64,000 bases of DNA from Candidatus Limnocylindrales bacterium (GTDB lineage: Bacteria > Acidobacteriota > Terriglobia > Acidiferrales > UBA7541), in the NCBI GenBank assembly GCA_035501415.1, contig DATJWH010000011.1, forward strand, positions 16,421-80,420. The letters are read 5' to 3'. Shown piece by piece: positions 28,901 through 38,190 of this stretch; positions within the stretch are counted from its first letter, which is position 1; every line of letters starts with the position of its first letter. A program made the translations under genes and the position numbers. The notes below the pieces were generated by a model. The model ran no database searches. It had not been told where the DNA came from and saw only the letters and a list, made by a program, of their open reading frames with translations.

Positions 28901-30341
28901 AGACTTCCGAGTTGGTGCACGAGTCGTTCCACGTCACCTCGGGGATGTACTTCAGAGCGGACGATTGGTTCGACGAGTTGCCTGACACGGTCCAGTACAA
29001 GTCGAAGCTGTTGACGTCGTTGAAGTCGGTTCCCCCGACGGAGATGTTGTAAGGCGTAGAGGCAAAGCCGTTGGCCGCCAGGCCAAACTGCGCGTACGGT
29101 TGCCCGCCGTCGCAGACCGCCGAGCCCTGGTCGCCCGACGATACGAACACCGTGATTCCTTGGGCAGAGGCTTGCTGCCAGAGTTGATTGAAGAACTGAT
29201 TCCCAGCCGTTCCCAAGCCAAGCTCACATTCGCCATAACTCTCGCTCATTACCGATGCGAGGTTATTGTCGACGATGTACTCAGCCGAAAGATCGACTCC
29301 AAATGTGGTCTCGGTCGATTCATCCACCACGAAATCGACTGTAGCGCCGGGGGCGACAGCGCTCGACCACTGCGTGTCGATATCCGCCTCCCCTTCGTCG
29401 TCGACAATACCCGGATCGGACCCGTCGTGGATCACGTTTAGTGTCGAGGCTGGAAGCCCGAACAGAGTGTGAAAGTCGTTAAAGTCCTGCGGATCGATGT
29501 CAGTCTCAGCGACAATCGCGATGGACTGACCTGTGCCATTGTTGCCGGCGGTCGTTAGGGACGGGACGTTGTAGATCGTCGCCAGATCCCAGGGACCCAG
29601 CGCGAAGATACAGAATGGCTCGGAACCGTTGGTTGTCGAACAGGGAATTGGAAAAGTGAATTGGGTTTGCAGGGGCGTGATCTTGCCCGTCGCCTTCTCA
29701 CGGCGGAAACTTCCCACCATCTGGTTCATCGGACGTCGCGGAAAATTGTTCAGCGATTCGATGCCGCCAACCACGGACGCCAGCGCGGCGGGAATCTGCG
29801 GGTCGCTTGAATTCGCCCAATGTTCCTCGCCCTGCACAGCATACCTGTGCATTTCCGTGTGAAAGGTGCTCTTGAGCTGTCCGGCCGTGCCGGAAAACTC
29901 GATGGCGATGCGCCCCTTCGCAACGCGGCTCACTTGGAAGCCATGCGAAGTCAGCCACGCTGTCACCGCTTGAATGTCCTGGTCCGAAGGACCGAACTGC
30001 TGCCCGAATTGCTCCGGCGTCATCCATTGGTGGTAGTTCGGCGTCGCCTTTTCCTGCTGTTGATCCAGCAGCGTATCGAGCGCGATCTCCTGTTCTGCGC
30101 TGCGCGTCAGCACCAACAGCATGCGGTCCAGCGGGAGATCGGGCGGTGCCGGGCCGCGGTCGTACTGTGGACGTGCCAGGGGATGCACGTTGCCCTTGAG
30201 GACCACCAGATTCGTTTCATCGATTGGGCGGGTGATACGGGAGGGAACGGGGCTTTGCTGTGCTGCCGCCGAAACCGCGAACGCCGCTGGCAGCAAACAC
30301 CCCAGCAGAATCCTGCGAACGACCATGTGACCGGGTAGCAT
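25989..30341 (-). CDS. secreted sedolisin (peptidase S53) with pro-kumamolisin activation domain, Ig-like repeats, internal hydrophobic hairpin and poly-Gly linker
   Basis: Signal MLPGHMVVRRILLGCLLPAAFAVSAAAQ (ATG 30341 or 30326). Propeptide region ATPNYHQWMTPEQFGQQFGPS. Catalytic-Ser motif YGGTSVASPAFAG. More than 5 Ig-like repeats with GDxxYxxS. 12-Gly run. Confidence 0.8.
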   Translation of the reverse strand: MLPGHMVVRRILLGCLLPAAFAVSAAAQQSPVPSRITRPIDETNLVVLKGNVHPLARPQYDRGPAPPDLPLDRMLLVLTRSAEQEIALDTLLDQQQEKATPNYHQWMTPEQFGQQFGPSDQDIQAVTAWLTSHGFQVSRVAKGRIAIEFSGTAGQLKSTFHTEMHRYAVQGEEHWANSSDPQIPAALASVVGGIESLNNFPRRPMNQMVGSFRREKATGKITPLQTQFTFPIPCSTTNGSEPFCIFALGPWDLATIYNVPSLTTAGNNGTGQSIAIVAETDIDPQDFNDFHTLFGLPASTLNVIHDGSDPGIVDDEGEADIDTQWSSAVAPGATVDFVVDESTETTFGVDLSAEYIVDNNLASVMSESYGECELGLGTAGNQFFNQLWQQASAQGITVFVSSGDQGSAVCDGGQPYAQFGLAANGFASTPYNISVGGTDFNDVNSFDLYWTVSGNSSNQSSALKYIPEVTWNDSCTNSEVFSFFGDTTAEQVCNNASAIYNYGLLNTTAGSGGASNCTISTGQLLSTCSGGYTKPSWQRGTGVPADGKRDVPDVALFASNGFNDTFYVVCERDKTFNTCDLNSPYQDFAGYGGTSVASPAFAGIMALINQRYGRQGNANYVLYGLAGQSGKTCTSAPSPAASCVFYDIPTGSTIAVPCLKGSKNCSVTNQADTYGVLSGYSTTTGYDLATGLGTVNVANLVSQWPQGSFQGSSTTIVSLSPASLTHGTSVNVTINVKAQSGASVPTGAVSLIANTGAGAQQDAGTFSLTSSTCSGSPCAVAMGTTNILPGGTSYNVIAHYPGDSTFGASDSAPQQVTVNPEASKTRVEIVTFDSNTGQITSGNAATFAYGSPYLSRVNVDSISGSACSQNGHGAQGCPTGTITLTDNGNALGPGTFDLNSQGYAEYQTIQLAGGLHTLAASYGGDASYSGSSGSDVVTVTPAATTTTILSPAPPQGSAPQETIGAPLYVYAQTSSGSSGAAPGGTYTVFDGATQISGTASVNGTAGSASSGASLSGSVQIAIAAPSGTHTLTVHYTGDTNYASSVSSPLTVYAVYPTATNATATPNNVVLGGTVTLTATISTGNPASNALLKPTGSISFSSDFTPITGPITTTTGQDSGGNWVLQATVTTIPQASETITVVYPGDSNYASSYVYTHVTVNIPDFSISATPTSLVITAGQTATTVLTVTPTTNNTSTVALSCNGLVLFGETCSISPSSITLSNGAPATATLSIATLAPSTVLTAVTIPTQTPRLRPVQDARYAWWALSAVAGLASLMLFAPPNRRRFLQPAVGLGLLSVLIFAISCGGGASGSGGGGGGGGGGGGQNNPVPTVTTLSASSTKLGPGSSATLIATVTSSAQSITGIVQFDVNNAAYFGSANISGGTAQSLITNPSPYGPGTYAISALYSGDPNNLGSQSGNLDITVTGNATQAVFAETSTLVRAVNVSVTLQ

Positions 30342-30586
30342 GGCGCCCCTACGAAGGATCCTGGGTCCCAAGAATTCCAGCACCACCCCGCGGCCGCTTT
30401 CAATCCTCCGGCAACTCCCCGGTCGGACTTGTGTGCGAGCCGCTTAGCGTGCCGGTCATATTGCCGCCCGGGAAAACAGGCGTCAAGCGGTATTTCCACT
30501 GTGTTACGAGTCAGGAAAGCGAATGTCCAGCGAATTTTGGCGCAGCATTCGGCGGCAGGCGAAACTCGAAGGAGACGCCGCTTCGC

Positions 30587-33265
30587 CTATTCCACCATCT
30601 GCCGCAGCACGTAATGCAGGATCCCCCCGTTCTGGTAGTACGCCACTTCAAAAGGAGTATCAACGCGCGCCGTCGCCGTGAACGTGGTTTCCTTCCCGTC
30701 GGCGCTCCGTGCGCGCACCTTCATCTTCTTGCGCGGCTCGAATTTCTCCGCGAGGCCTTCGATGTCGAACATCTCATGTCCCGTCAAGCCGAGCGTCTTC
30801 AAATTCTCGCCCTCATTGAACTCCAGCGGCAGCACGCCCATGCCCACCAGGTTGCTTCGATGGATGCGCTCGAAGCTCTCCGCGAGCACCGCGCGAATCC
30901 CGAGCAGGATCGTCCCCTTCGCGGCCCAGTCGCGCGACGATCCCGACCCGTATTCCTTTCCCGCAATCACGATCAGCGGCACGTGCTCGTCGCGATACTT
31001 CATCGCCGCATCGTAGATCGTCATCTTCTCGCCGCTCGGCTGATGCGTTGTCCACCCGCCTTCTGTGCCGGGCGCAAGCTGGTTGCGCAGCCGGATGTTC
31101 GCAAACGTCCCGCGCATCATCACTTCATGATTCCCGCGCCGTGCGCCGTAGGAATTGAAATCCTTCGGCTGTACGCCGTGTGCGATCAGGTATTTGCCTG
31201 CGGGAGAATCCGGAGGAATGGACCCCGCCGGCGAAATGTGGTCGGTCGTGACGCTGTCGCCCAGCACCGCGATTGGCCTCAGCCCCCGCAAGTCCGAAAG
31301 CGCCCCAGGCGTCCGCGGCATCGCCTCGAAATACGGCGGATTCTTGATGTACGTCGACTTCCCATCCCAGCTGTAGAGATCGCCCTCGGGAATCGGCAGC
31401 GCTCGCCACTGCGCATCGCCCGTAAACACGTCCGCATATTCCTTGCGGAACATGTCGCTCGAAACCGAGCTCCGCATCGTCGTTTCCACTTCCTGCGGCG
31501 TCGGCCAGATGTCTCGCAGATACACCGGCTGGCCCGACTTGTCCTTGCCCAGCGGTTCGTTGACGATGTCCACGTCCATCCGCCCGGCCAGCGCGTACGC
31601 CACCACCAGCGGCGGCGACGCCAGGTAATTCGCCCTGCACAGCGCGTTGATTCGCCCCTCAAAGTTCCGGTTTCCGCTCAGCACCGAAACCGCCACCAGG
31701 TTGTTTTCCTTGATCGCTTTTCCAATCGCCTCCGGCAGCGGCCCGCTGTTGCCGATGCACGTCGTGCATCCATATCCCACCAGGTGAAAACGCAGCGATT
31801 CCAGGTACGGCCACAGTCCCGCCTTCTCGATATAGTCCGTCACCACCTTCGAGCCCGGTGCGAAGCTCGTCTTCACCCACGGCTTCGTCTCGAGCCCGCG
31901 CTCCACCGCCTTCTTCGCCAGCAATCCCGCGCCCAGCATCAGCGACGGATTCGACGTGTTCGTGCAGCTCGTGATCGCCGCAATCACCACGCTCCCATCG
32001 CCCAAATCGAACCTGTCCCCATTATTCTGCACGCTCACATGCTTCGGCTGCGCTTCGAGCGATTTCTGGAACGCCGCCTTCGCCTGCGTCAGCGGCACGC
32101 TGTCCTGCGGCCGCTTCGGTCCCGCCATCGTCGGCACCACGGTTGAGAGGTCCAGCTCCAGCCGGTCCGAGAAAACCGGATCGGCCGTCGCGTCCGTGCG
32201 GAACAGCCCCTGCTCCTTCGTGTACGCCTCCACCAGCTTTACGCGATCCTCGTTCCGCCCCGTGAACCGCAGGTAAGCCAGCGTTTCCGAATCCACCGGG
32301 AAGAAGCCCATCGTCGCGCCGTACTCCGGCGCCATGTTCGCAATCGTCGCGCGGTCCGGCAGCGTCAGGCTTGAAAGTCCCGTGCCGTAAAACTCCACAA
32401 ATTTCCCCACCACTCCCTTCTTGCGCAGCATCTGCGTCACGGTCAGCACCAGGTCCGTCGCCGTCGAGCCTTCCGCCAACCGCCCATGCAGCTTGAATCC
32501 CACCACTGCCGGGATCAGCATCGAGAGCGGCTGCCCCAGCATCGCCGCCTCGGCTTCGATTCCGCCCACGCCCCAGCCAAACACGCCCAGCCCGTTGACC
32601 ATCGTCGTGTGCGAATCCGTCCCCACCAGCGAATCCGGAAACGCCGTCATCTCGCCGTTCTGCTTCTCGCTGAACACCACCCGCGCCAGATACTCCAGGT
32701 TCACCTGATGGCAAATCCCAGTGTCCGGCGGCACCACCTTGAAATTTTGGAATCCCTTCTGCCCCCATCGCAAGAACGCGTACCGCTCGATGTTTCGCTG
32801 CATTTCCAGCTCTGCGTTGAACGCGAACACATTCGGCGCGCCGAACTTGTCCACCTGCACCGAGTGGTCGATCACCAGTTCCGCCGGCAGCAGCGGATTG
32901 ATCTTCTTCGGGTCGCCGCCCAGATGCCGCATCGCGTCGCGCATCGCCGCCAGATCCACTACCGCCGGCACGCCCGTGAAATCCTGCAGCAGCACGCGCG
33001 CCGGCATGAACGAAATTTCCTTCTCCGCTCCCGCCGCCGCCGACGGATCCCACGACGCCAGCGCGCGAATGTCCGCCGCGTGCACGAACCGGTCGTCCTC
33101 GTGCCTCAGCAGATTCTCGAGCAGCACCTTCAGCGAAAATGGCAGCCGCGAAACATTCCCCGCGCCGCCGCGCTCCACTGCATCCAGCCGGTAAATTGCG
33201 AATGAATCGCCGCCTGCGCGCAGTGTCGATCGTGCCGAAAAGGAGTTCTTGGAGGATGAGCTCAT
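30587..33265 (-). CDS. acnA: aconitate hydratase A
   Basis: 892 aa. [18 protein letters not shown], Fe-S ligand motifs [10 protein letters not shown] and [11 protein letters not shown]-terminal swivel domain. Confidence 0.93.
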   Translation of the reverse strand: MSSSSKNSFSARSTLRAGGDSFAIYRLDAVERGGAGNVSRLPFSLKVLLENLLRHEDDRFVHAADIRALASWDPSAAAGAEKEISFMPARVLLQDFTGVPAVVDLAAMRDAMRHLGGDPKKINPLLPAELVIDHSVQVDKFGAPNVFAFNAELEMQRNIERYAFLRWGQKGFQNFKVVPPDTGICHQVNLEYLARVVFSEKQNGEMTAFPDSLVGTDSHTTMVNGLGVFGWGVGGIEAEAAMLGQPLSMLIPAVVGFKLHGRLAEGSTATDLVLTVTQMLRKKGVVGKFVEFYGTGLSSLTLPDRATIANMAPEYGATMGFFPVDSETLAYLRFTGRNEDRVKLVEAYTKEQGLFRTDATADPVFSDRLELDLSTVVPTMAGPKRPQDSVPLTQAKAAFQKSLEAQPKHVSVQNNGDRFDLGDGSVVIAAITSCTNTSNPSLMLGAGLLAKKAVERGLETKPWVKTSFAPGSKVVTDYIEKAGLWPYLESLRFHLVGYGCTTCIGNSGPLPEAIGKAIKENNLVAVSVLSGNRNFEGRINALCRANYLASPPLVVAYALAGRMDVDIVNEPLGKDKSGQPVYLRDIWPTPQEVETTMRSSVSSDMFRKEYADVFTGDAQWRALPIPEGDLYSWDGKSTYIKNPPYFEAMPRTPGALSDLRGLRPIAVLGDSVTTDHISPAGSIPPDSPAGKYLIAHGVQPKDFNSYGARRGNHEVMMRGTFANIRLRNQLAPGTEGGWTTHQPSGEKMTIYDAAMKYRDEHVPLIVIAGKEYGSGSSRDWAAKGTILLGIRAVLAESFERIHRSNLVGMGVLPLEFNEGENLKTLGLTGHEMFDIEGLAEKFEPRKKMKVRARSADGKETTFTATARVDTPFEVAYYQNGGILHYVLRQMVE

Positions 33266-33304
33266 GCGGGAACCATTCTCCTCTAATGGGCCAGGAACAA
33301 TCCT

Positions 33305-33313
33305 AGTATATCA
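33305..33313 (-). promoter_or_regulatory. extended -10 promoter candidate for acnA
   Basis: The minus strand reads TGATATACT (TGn + TATACT) about 40 nt upstream of the ATG, and GAGGAG sits 12 nt before the start. No good -35 element. Confidence 0.3.
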
Positions 33314-33358
33314 AGCGGACGGTACTTCGCGTACTTGCGACGAGCCTCGACACGATGA

Positions 33359-34249
33359 TTACCGGATTAAGGCGATCTCGACTCGCCTCAGGATGTTGTG
33401 CGGTTTCGCTCCACCGCACCTGGTAAGTGCGGCGTCCTCGCACTCGCGCTCGATCAGTGTCACTGGATTGGTCATCGTGCCGGACAAAATCTTCCCGTCG
33501 TCGAGACTCACCTTGAGTTCGACATCAAAGGTTTCTTTGCCCACCGCCGCGCGATAGTGGCCGTTCTCAGTTTTGTCGACTTCCACGTGATTGTTGGGAG
33601 TGTTGGCTACCGGCGCGCGCATCCACTCTGCCGGAAGCTTGATTTCGGGCTTTTGGGGAGGCACGTGACGCACCAGCAACGTCGCCGTCTTATCGGATTG
33701 GTTGATGCTCGTAAGAGTGAAGTCGAAATCGATCGAGCTTTCCCCAAGGATCACGCGATTGCCGTCTGCCCATGAATTAGGTGTGCCGCGCTTGAAATAG
33801 AAATGATCTCCGGTGTGAACGAGCTGCCCTGTTTTGTTGGCCAGCCACAGGTCGACATAAAACGTCAGGAAGTCGGTGATCGGCCCGATAAGCTTGCGAT
33901 CGACCCGGCTCAGGTCCGGCATACGAGGAGGGCGGTTCGGATCGAGCGATACTTGTTGCCGAAAATCCTCGGTTGCGCCCGGCAGCTTTATCCTCTTCCC
34001 GTTGGAAACGAAATTTACCCAGCGATACTCTTCGAAAAAGGTTCCGTCCGCGTCCTCCTTGACCACACCATCGGCTTCAACCTCGTAGCGCCACGATTCG
34101 TTAACGCCCTTCATCAGGTAAGCAAGTTTTTCGCCATCACGGTATTGGCGCGTCAGAGGGCCCCGGCTCTCCACGGTGGTTTGAGCGAGAAGAAACGAAA
34201 TTCCGACGCAGAAGACGACTGCTTTGGTCAGCACCGTCATGGCCCTCAT
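33359..34249 (-). CDS. secreted hypothetical protein
   Basis: Signal-like N-terminus MRAMTVLTKAVVFCVGISFLLAQ. 296 aa with no recognisable motif. Confidence 0.55.
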   Translation of the reverse strand: MRAMTVLTKAVVFCVGISFLLAQTTVESRGPLTRQYRDGEKLAYLMKGVNESWRYEVEADGVVKEDADGTFFEEYRWVNFVSNGKRIKLPGATEDFRQQVSLDPNRPPRMPDLSRVDRKLIGPITDFLTFYVDLWLANKTGQLVHTGDHFYFKRGTPNSWADGNRVILGESSIDFDFTLTSINQSDKTATLLVRHVPPQKPEIKLPAEWMRAPVANTPNNHVEVDKTENGHYRAAVGKETFDVELKVSLDDGKILSGTMTNPVTLIERECEDAALTRCGGAKPHNILRRVEIALIR

Positions 34250-34312
34250 CTTACGGCCAACCGCAAGAATCCGTCAGCAGGCAGCAATGAATACTAGGCT
34301 TCTCCGAGATAG

Positions 34313-34966
34313 CTAAGGCAGATGAGGGAAGCCCGTGGATTCGAGGTCGCGGCGGAGTTGCGGCACAGAGCTGAACTGAAACGCCGCGATGCCCAGCCGC
34401 CGCGCCGCTGCTACGTTCTCCTCGCGGTCGTCTACGAAGATCGCGGAAGGCGCGTCCACGCCAAGCTGCTCCAGGCATCGGCGGTAAATCGCCTCGTCCG
34501 GCTTGATGCAGCGCACTTCGGCGGAAAAGATTTGGTGATCGAAATCACCGAGCCACGCAAAACTCGCCCGCACGTGTTCGATCATGTCGTGCTGCATATT
34601 CGAAAGCAGCGCCGTCTGGAATCCGGCCCCGCGCAGGCCCGCCAGCCATTCCTTCATTGGCTGGTTCACTCGGCTCCACATCTCCATGTCCCAGCGCCGC
34701 AGTTGCTCGATCGTTTCCGGCGTCAGCTCTACACTCGCCTTGCGCGCCACGCTCTCCCAGTATTCCGTCGTCGTCAGGTCGCCCCGGTCGTAGCTGCCGC
34801 GTTCATGGGCGTACAGCGCCGGAAATTGTGCCGCCGCTACGCCGAAGATGCGCGCCATCCGCTCAATCTCATGCGGCAGCGGCCCGTGACAAAGCACCGC
34901 GCCATAATCCAGTATCACCGCTTCGTATCGGGCCGTACCTCTGTTGTTCCCGGTCATCGCTTCCAA
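34313..34966 (-). CDS. HAD-superfamily hydrolase (haloacid-dehalogenase-like subfamily)
   Basis: Motif I variant VILDYGAVL (DxYG), motif IV-like FVDDREENV, 217 aa. Confidence 0.7.
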   Translation of the reverse strand: MEAMTGNNRGTARYEAVILDYGAVLCHGPLPHEIERMARIFGVAAAQFPALYAHERGSYDRGDLTTTEYWESVARKASVELTPETIEQLRRWDMEMWSRVNQPMKEWLAGLRGAGFQTALLSNMQHDMIEHVRASFAWLGDFDHQIFSAEVRCIKPDEAIYRRCLEQLGVDAPSAIFVDDREENVAAARRLGIAAFQFSSVPQLRRDLESTGFPHLP

Positions 34967-35062
34967 ACAAGAGCCTCCATTCCATGATAATCGACGACCG
35001 CCCTCCGCACAGGCCTTGGTTCCAGGGCTGTCACGCTGTTATCGTCAATGTGAGCCTCGCGC

Positions 35063-36577
35063 ATGAACGTCGTATTGATCTCGACCTATGAACTTGGCCG
35101 CCAGCCCTTCGGTTTGGCATCACCTGCCGCATGGCTGCGAGAGTGCGGCATGGCTGTCACCTGCGCCGATGTTTCGCGCGAGCCGCTCCCTGACGAAGCC
35201 GTCCGCTTGGCGGATTTGGTCGCCTTCTACGTTCCCATGCACACGGCTACTCGCCTTGCCGTGGCGCTCCTTCCCGCAATTCGCGAAATGAATCCCCGCG
35301 CGCATCTTTGCTTCTACGGCCTCTATGCTCCCGTGAACGAAGTGTATCTGCGCCGTTTGGGCGTCGGTACCATTCTCGGTGGCGAATTCGAGGAAGGGCT
35401 AACAAATCTGGCCGCAAGCCTCGACCCAGCGGACGGCAAAGTTCGGTTTTCAGGAGGTGGGAGCTTTAGCTCCCACGTAACCGGCACTCAATCGGGTGGG
35501 GCTTTAGCCCCTGAAGCCAAGCCTGCTTCAATTTCCCTCGCTCGCCAGCATTTTCGCGTCCCCGACCGCGCTGGCCTCCCACCCCTCGAAAAATATGCGC
35601 GTCTGATCACGCCCAAGGGCGAATCCCGCACCGTTGGCTACACGGAAGCCAGCCGCGGCTGCAAACATCTTTGCCGCCACTGCCCGATCGTTCCCGTCTA
35701 CAACGGCACATTCCGCATCGTCGATCGCGACGTCGTCCTCGAGGATATTCGCCGTCAGGTCGCCTCCGGCGCGCAGCACATCACCTTTGGCGACCCCGAT
35801 TTCTTCAATGGCCCCGGCCACGCCATTCCGCTTGTCGAAGCGCTCCATCGCGAGTTTCCGCGCCTGACTTACGACGTTACCATCAAAGTCGAGCACCTTC
35901 TCCAGCATCGCGACGCGCTCCCAAAGCTTCGCGACACCGGCTGCCTCTTCGTTACCAGCGCCGTCGAATCCGTCGACGACGCCATCCTCGACCGCCTCGC
36001 CAAGAATCACACCCGGGCCGACTTTCTCCGTGTCGTCGACCTCTTCCACGAAGTCGGCCTCACGCTCGCTCCCACCTTCGTTGCCTTCACTCCGTGGACC
36101 ACCCTCGCTGGCTTCTACGACCTGCTCGAAGTCATCCGCGAGCGCGGTCTCATCGAAAATGTCGCGCCCATTCAATTCGCCATTCGTCTCCTCATCCCCG
36201 CGGGCTCGCGCCTCCTCGACTTGCCCGAGGTCCGCAGCCTCGTCGGCCCGTTTGACGATGCCGCCCTCGTCCATCCCTGGCGCCATGACGATCCGCGCGT
36301 CGACGCCCTCTGCGAACGCTTGCAGGAAGTGGTCCACTCCGGCGAGAAAATGAACCGCCCGCGCGCCCGCATCTTCGAGCTCATCGAGCAGGCCGCCTGC
36401 CAGGCCGTCGGCCGCGCCGAGCAACCGCCGCGCCCTACCCTGCCCGTGCTCGCCTCTCGGGCCACCATCCCTTACCTGAATGAGCCTTGGTACTGTTGAG
36501 CCGAGCCCACCGGGGACCAGTTGGTTCCCATCGTCCAGGCCCGGAAGAACCTCAAGCAGGCTGACACTTTCGTCTGA
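35063..36577 (+). CDS. B12-binding-domain radical SAM selenoprotein with C-U-A-E-P tail; TGA at 36497..36499 read as Sec
   Basis: Radical SAM cluster motif ASRGCKHLCRHCP (CxxxCxxC) after an N-terminal Rossmann-like domain. The ORF track stops at ...NEPWYC-TGA, but the frame continues GCC GAG CCC to give CUAEP plus 22 codons, up to TGA 36575..36577. A hairpin starts 12 nt after the TGA. Confidence 0.75.
36512..36529 (+). promoter_or_regulatory. bacterial SECIS-like hairpin for the radical SAM gene
   Basis: GGGGACC-AGUU-GGUUCCC: 7-bp stem (one G-U), apical loop containing GU, starting 12 nt 3' of the UGA. Confidence 0.6.
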
Positions 36578-36684
36578 CCGGGCGAATCGCGCCCCCGAAT
36601 CTTGCTCGGTATTGTAAGCATTTTGTTCGCGGGATCTACCGCTCGGCGATTCTGTGCTATGAACTAAGATGGGAGGGTTCTGCA

Positions 36685-36810
36685 ATGGGCGCGGTTGAGG
36701 CAGCACTGGAAGGGAACCCGGCAGCGAAAGTCAGGCAAAGCTTAATCTACGGTACGGGGATTAAAAATTGGGCTAAGTTGTTGAAAACAAACGGCCGGAG
36801 CCCTCGTTAA
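36685..36810 (+). CDS. candidate small ORF (41 aa) between the radical SAM and ATP-grasp genes
   Basis: ATG 36685 is preceded by GGGAGGG with a 7-nt spacer. Encodes MGAVEAALEGNPAAKVRQSLIYGTGIKNWAKLLKTNGRSPR and ends at TAA 36808..36810. Below the ORF-track length cut-off. Third-position GC is about 59 percent by my count, which looks lower than the GC-rich wobble positions of neighbouring genes, so coding status is uncertain. Confidence 0.3.
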   Translation: MGAVEAALEGNPAAKVRQSLIYGTGIKNWAKLLKTNGRSPR

Positions 36811-36867
36811 TATACGGTTGCACGGGGGCGCATTAGAGACAGCCGAAGAACGGATCGAGCGAAGAGC

Positions 36868-38190
36868 GTGACGCAGGAAAGGTCAAATACGGGCCGGACG
36901 GCGAGCACCCGCAAACGCCTGCTTATACTTGCAAGCAAGCTTGGCTACCAGACGCGCGGCTTCGCCGACGCCGCCGAAACCCTGGGTGTCGAAGTCCTCT
37001 TCGGAACCGACCGCTGCCACAAGCTCGATGACCCCTGGGGCGACCGCGCCCTCGCGCTCCATTTCGAAAAACCCCGCGAGGCCGCCGACGAGATCGTTCG
37101 CCAGACCAAGGCCACTCCGCCCGACGCCATTCTCGCGTTGGGCGACCGGCCGACCTTGACCGCCGCCTTTGCCGCCGAAACCCTCGGAATCACCGGTAAT
37201 CCCCCCGTTGCCGTCGCAGCCTGCCGTAATAAGGCCCTCCAGCGCGCAGCGCTGTCGAAAGCAGGTGTCCGCGTCCCGGATTTCTTTTCATTCAACGCAA
37301 GCGACAAAATCTCGCGGGTCTTGCCTCGGGTCAAATTCCCCTGCGTCGTCAAGCCCACCGTCCTTGCCGCCAGCCAGGGCGTGATTCGTGCGAACGACGC
37401 CTCGGAATTCCACAGCGCTGTCGACCGGATTCTCGCTCTCCTCGAATCGCCCGAAATTCAGGTCTTGCGCGAACCGGGTCTCGATCAATTGCTCGTCGAG
37501 GCCTACATTCCTGGAAGGGAAGTTGCCCTCGAAGGCCTCCTCGAAAATGGCCGGCTCCGCGTCCTCGCGATTTTCGATAAGCCTGATCCACTCGACGGCC
37601 CATACTTTGAGGAAACGATTTACGTCACCCCGTCGCGGCTGCCTGTGGCGACACAGCGCGCCATCGAAGAGTGCTCGGAAGAATGCGTCGCCGCTCTGGG
37701 CCTCGTCACTGGCCCGCTTCACGCCGAATTTCGGCTCAATGAATCGGGCGTGTGGCCGCTGGAAATCGCGCCTCGCCCCATCGGCGGGTTGTGTTCGCGG
37801 GCGCTGCGCTTCGGTGCGAATAAGATGTCGCTCGAAGAGCTGCTTCTGCGCCACGCGCTCGGCATGACGGAAAGCATCGCGAAACGAGAAACCGACGCCT
37901 CCGGCGTCATGATGATTCCCGTGCCGCGCAGCGGAATCTTCGACAGTGTCGATGGGATTGACGCTGCGGAGAACGTGCCGGGCGTCACCGAAATTCGCAT
38001 CACCGCGCGCCTTCGCGATTACGTCGCGGCTTGGCCCGAAGGCTCGAGTTACCTCGGCTTCATCTTCGCCCGTGCCACATCGCCAGATGAAGTCGAGCAG
38101 GCCCTTCGCAGCGCCCACGCTGCCATGCGATTCAATTTCTCACCGCGGCTTTCCGTAGAACATCCGTTGACGCGAAAGCTAGCCACATGA
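36868..38190 (+). CDS. ATP-grasp domain ligase (carboxylate-amine/L-amino-acid-ligase-like size class)
   Basis: 440 aa. Pre-ATP-grasp N-domain (RLLILASKLGYQTRGF) and FPCVVKPTVLAASQGVIRAN ATP-grasp core. GTG start. Confidence 0.7.
   Translation: MTQERSNTGRTASTRKRLLILASKLGYQTRGFADAAETLGVEVLFGTDRCHKLDDPWGDRALALHFEKPREAADEIVRQTKATPPDAILALGDRPTLTAAFAAETLGITGNPPVAVAACRNKALQRAALSKAGVRVPDFFSFNASDKISRVLPRVKFPCVVKPTVLAASQGVIRANDASEFHSAVDRILALLESPEIQVLREPGLDQLLVEAYIPGREVALEGLLENGRLRVLAIFDKPDPLDGPYFEETIYVTPSRLPVATQRAIEECSEECVAALGLVTGPLHAEFRLNESGVWPLEIAPRPIGGLCSRALRFGANKMSLEELLLRHALGMTESIAKRETDASGVMMIPVPRSGIFDSVDGIDAAENVPGVTEIRITARLRDYVAAWPEGSSYLGFIFARATSPDEVEQALRSAHAAMRFNFSPRLSVEHPLTRKLAT

Noticed and set aside
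30260-32146. 628-aa plus-strand ORF
   Set aside because: It lies antisense to acnA, which has unmistakable aconitase motifs. The product is an Arg/His/Pro-rich low-complexity string typical of shadow ORFs in high-GC DNA.
35528-36706. 392-aa minus-strand ORF overlapping the radical SAM gene
   Set aside because: Antisense shadow. The plus-strand frame carries the CxxxCxxC radical SAM motif and a coherent domain order.
36690-36750. Possible cobalamin or guanidine riboswitch upstream of the ATP-grasp gene (GCAGCACUGGAAGGGAACCCGG, AGGGUUC)
   Set aside because: It shows only short partial resemblance to the B12 box and ykkC core. The other conserved blocks of those riboswitches are absent. I cannot support a known riboswitch class without a covariance-model scan.
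36740-36860. tRNA-Sec (selC) or another tRNA in the long gap next to the selenoprotein gene
   Set aside because: No TTCGAAT-type T-loop and no anticodon stem with a UCA loop could be folded on either strand.
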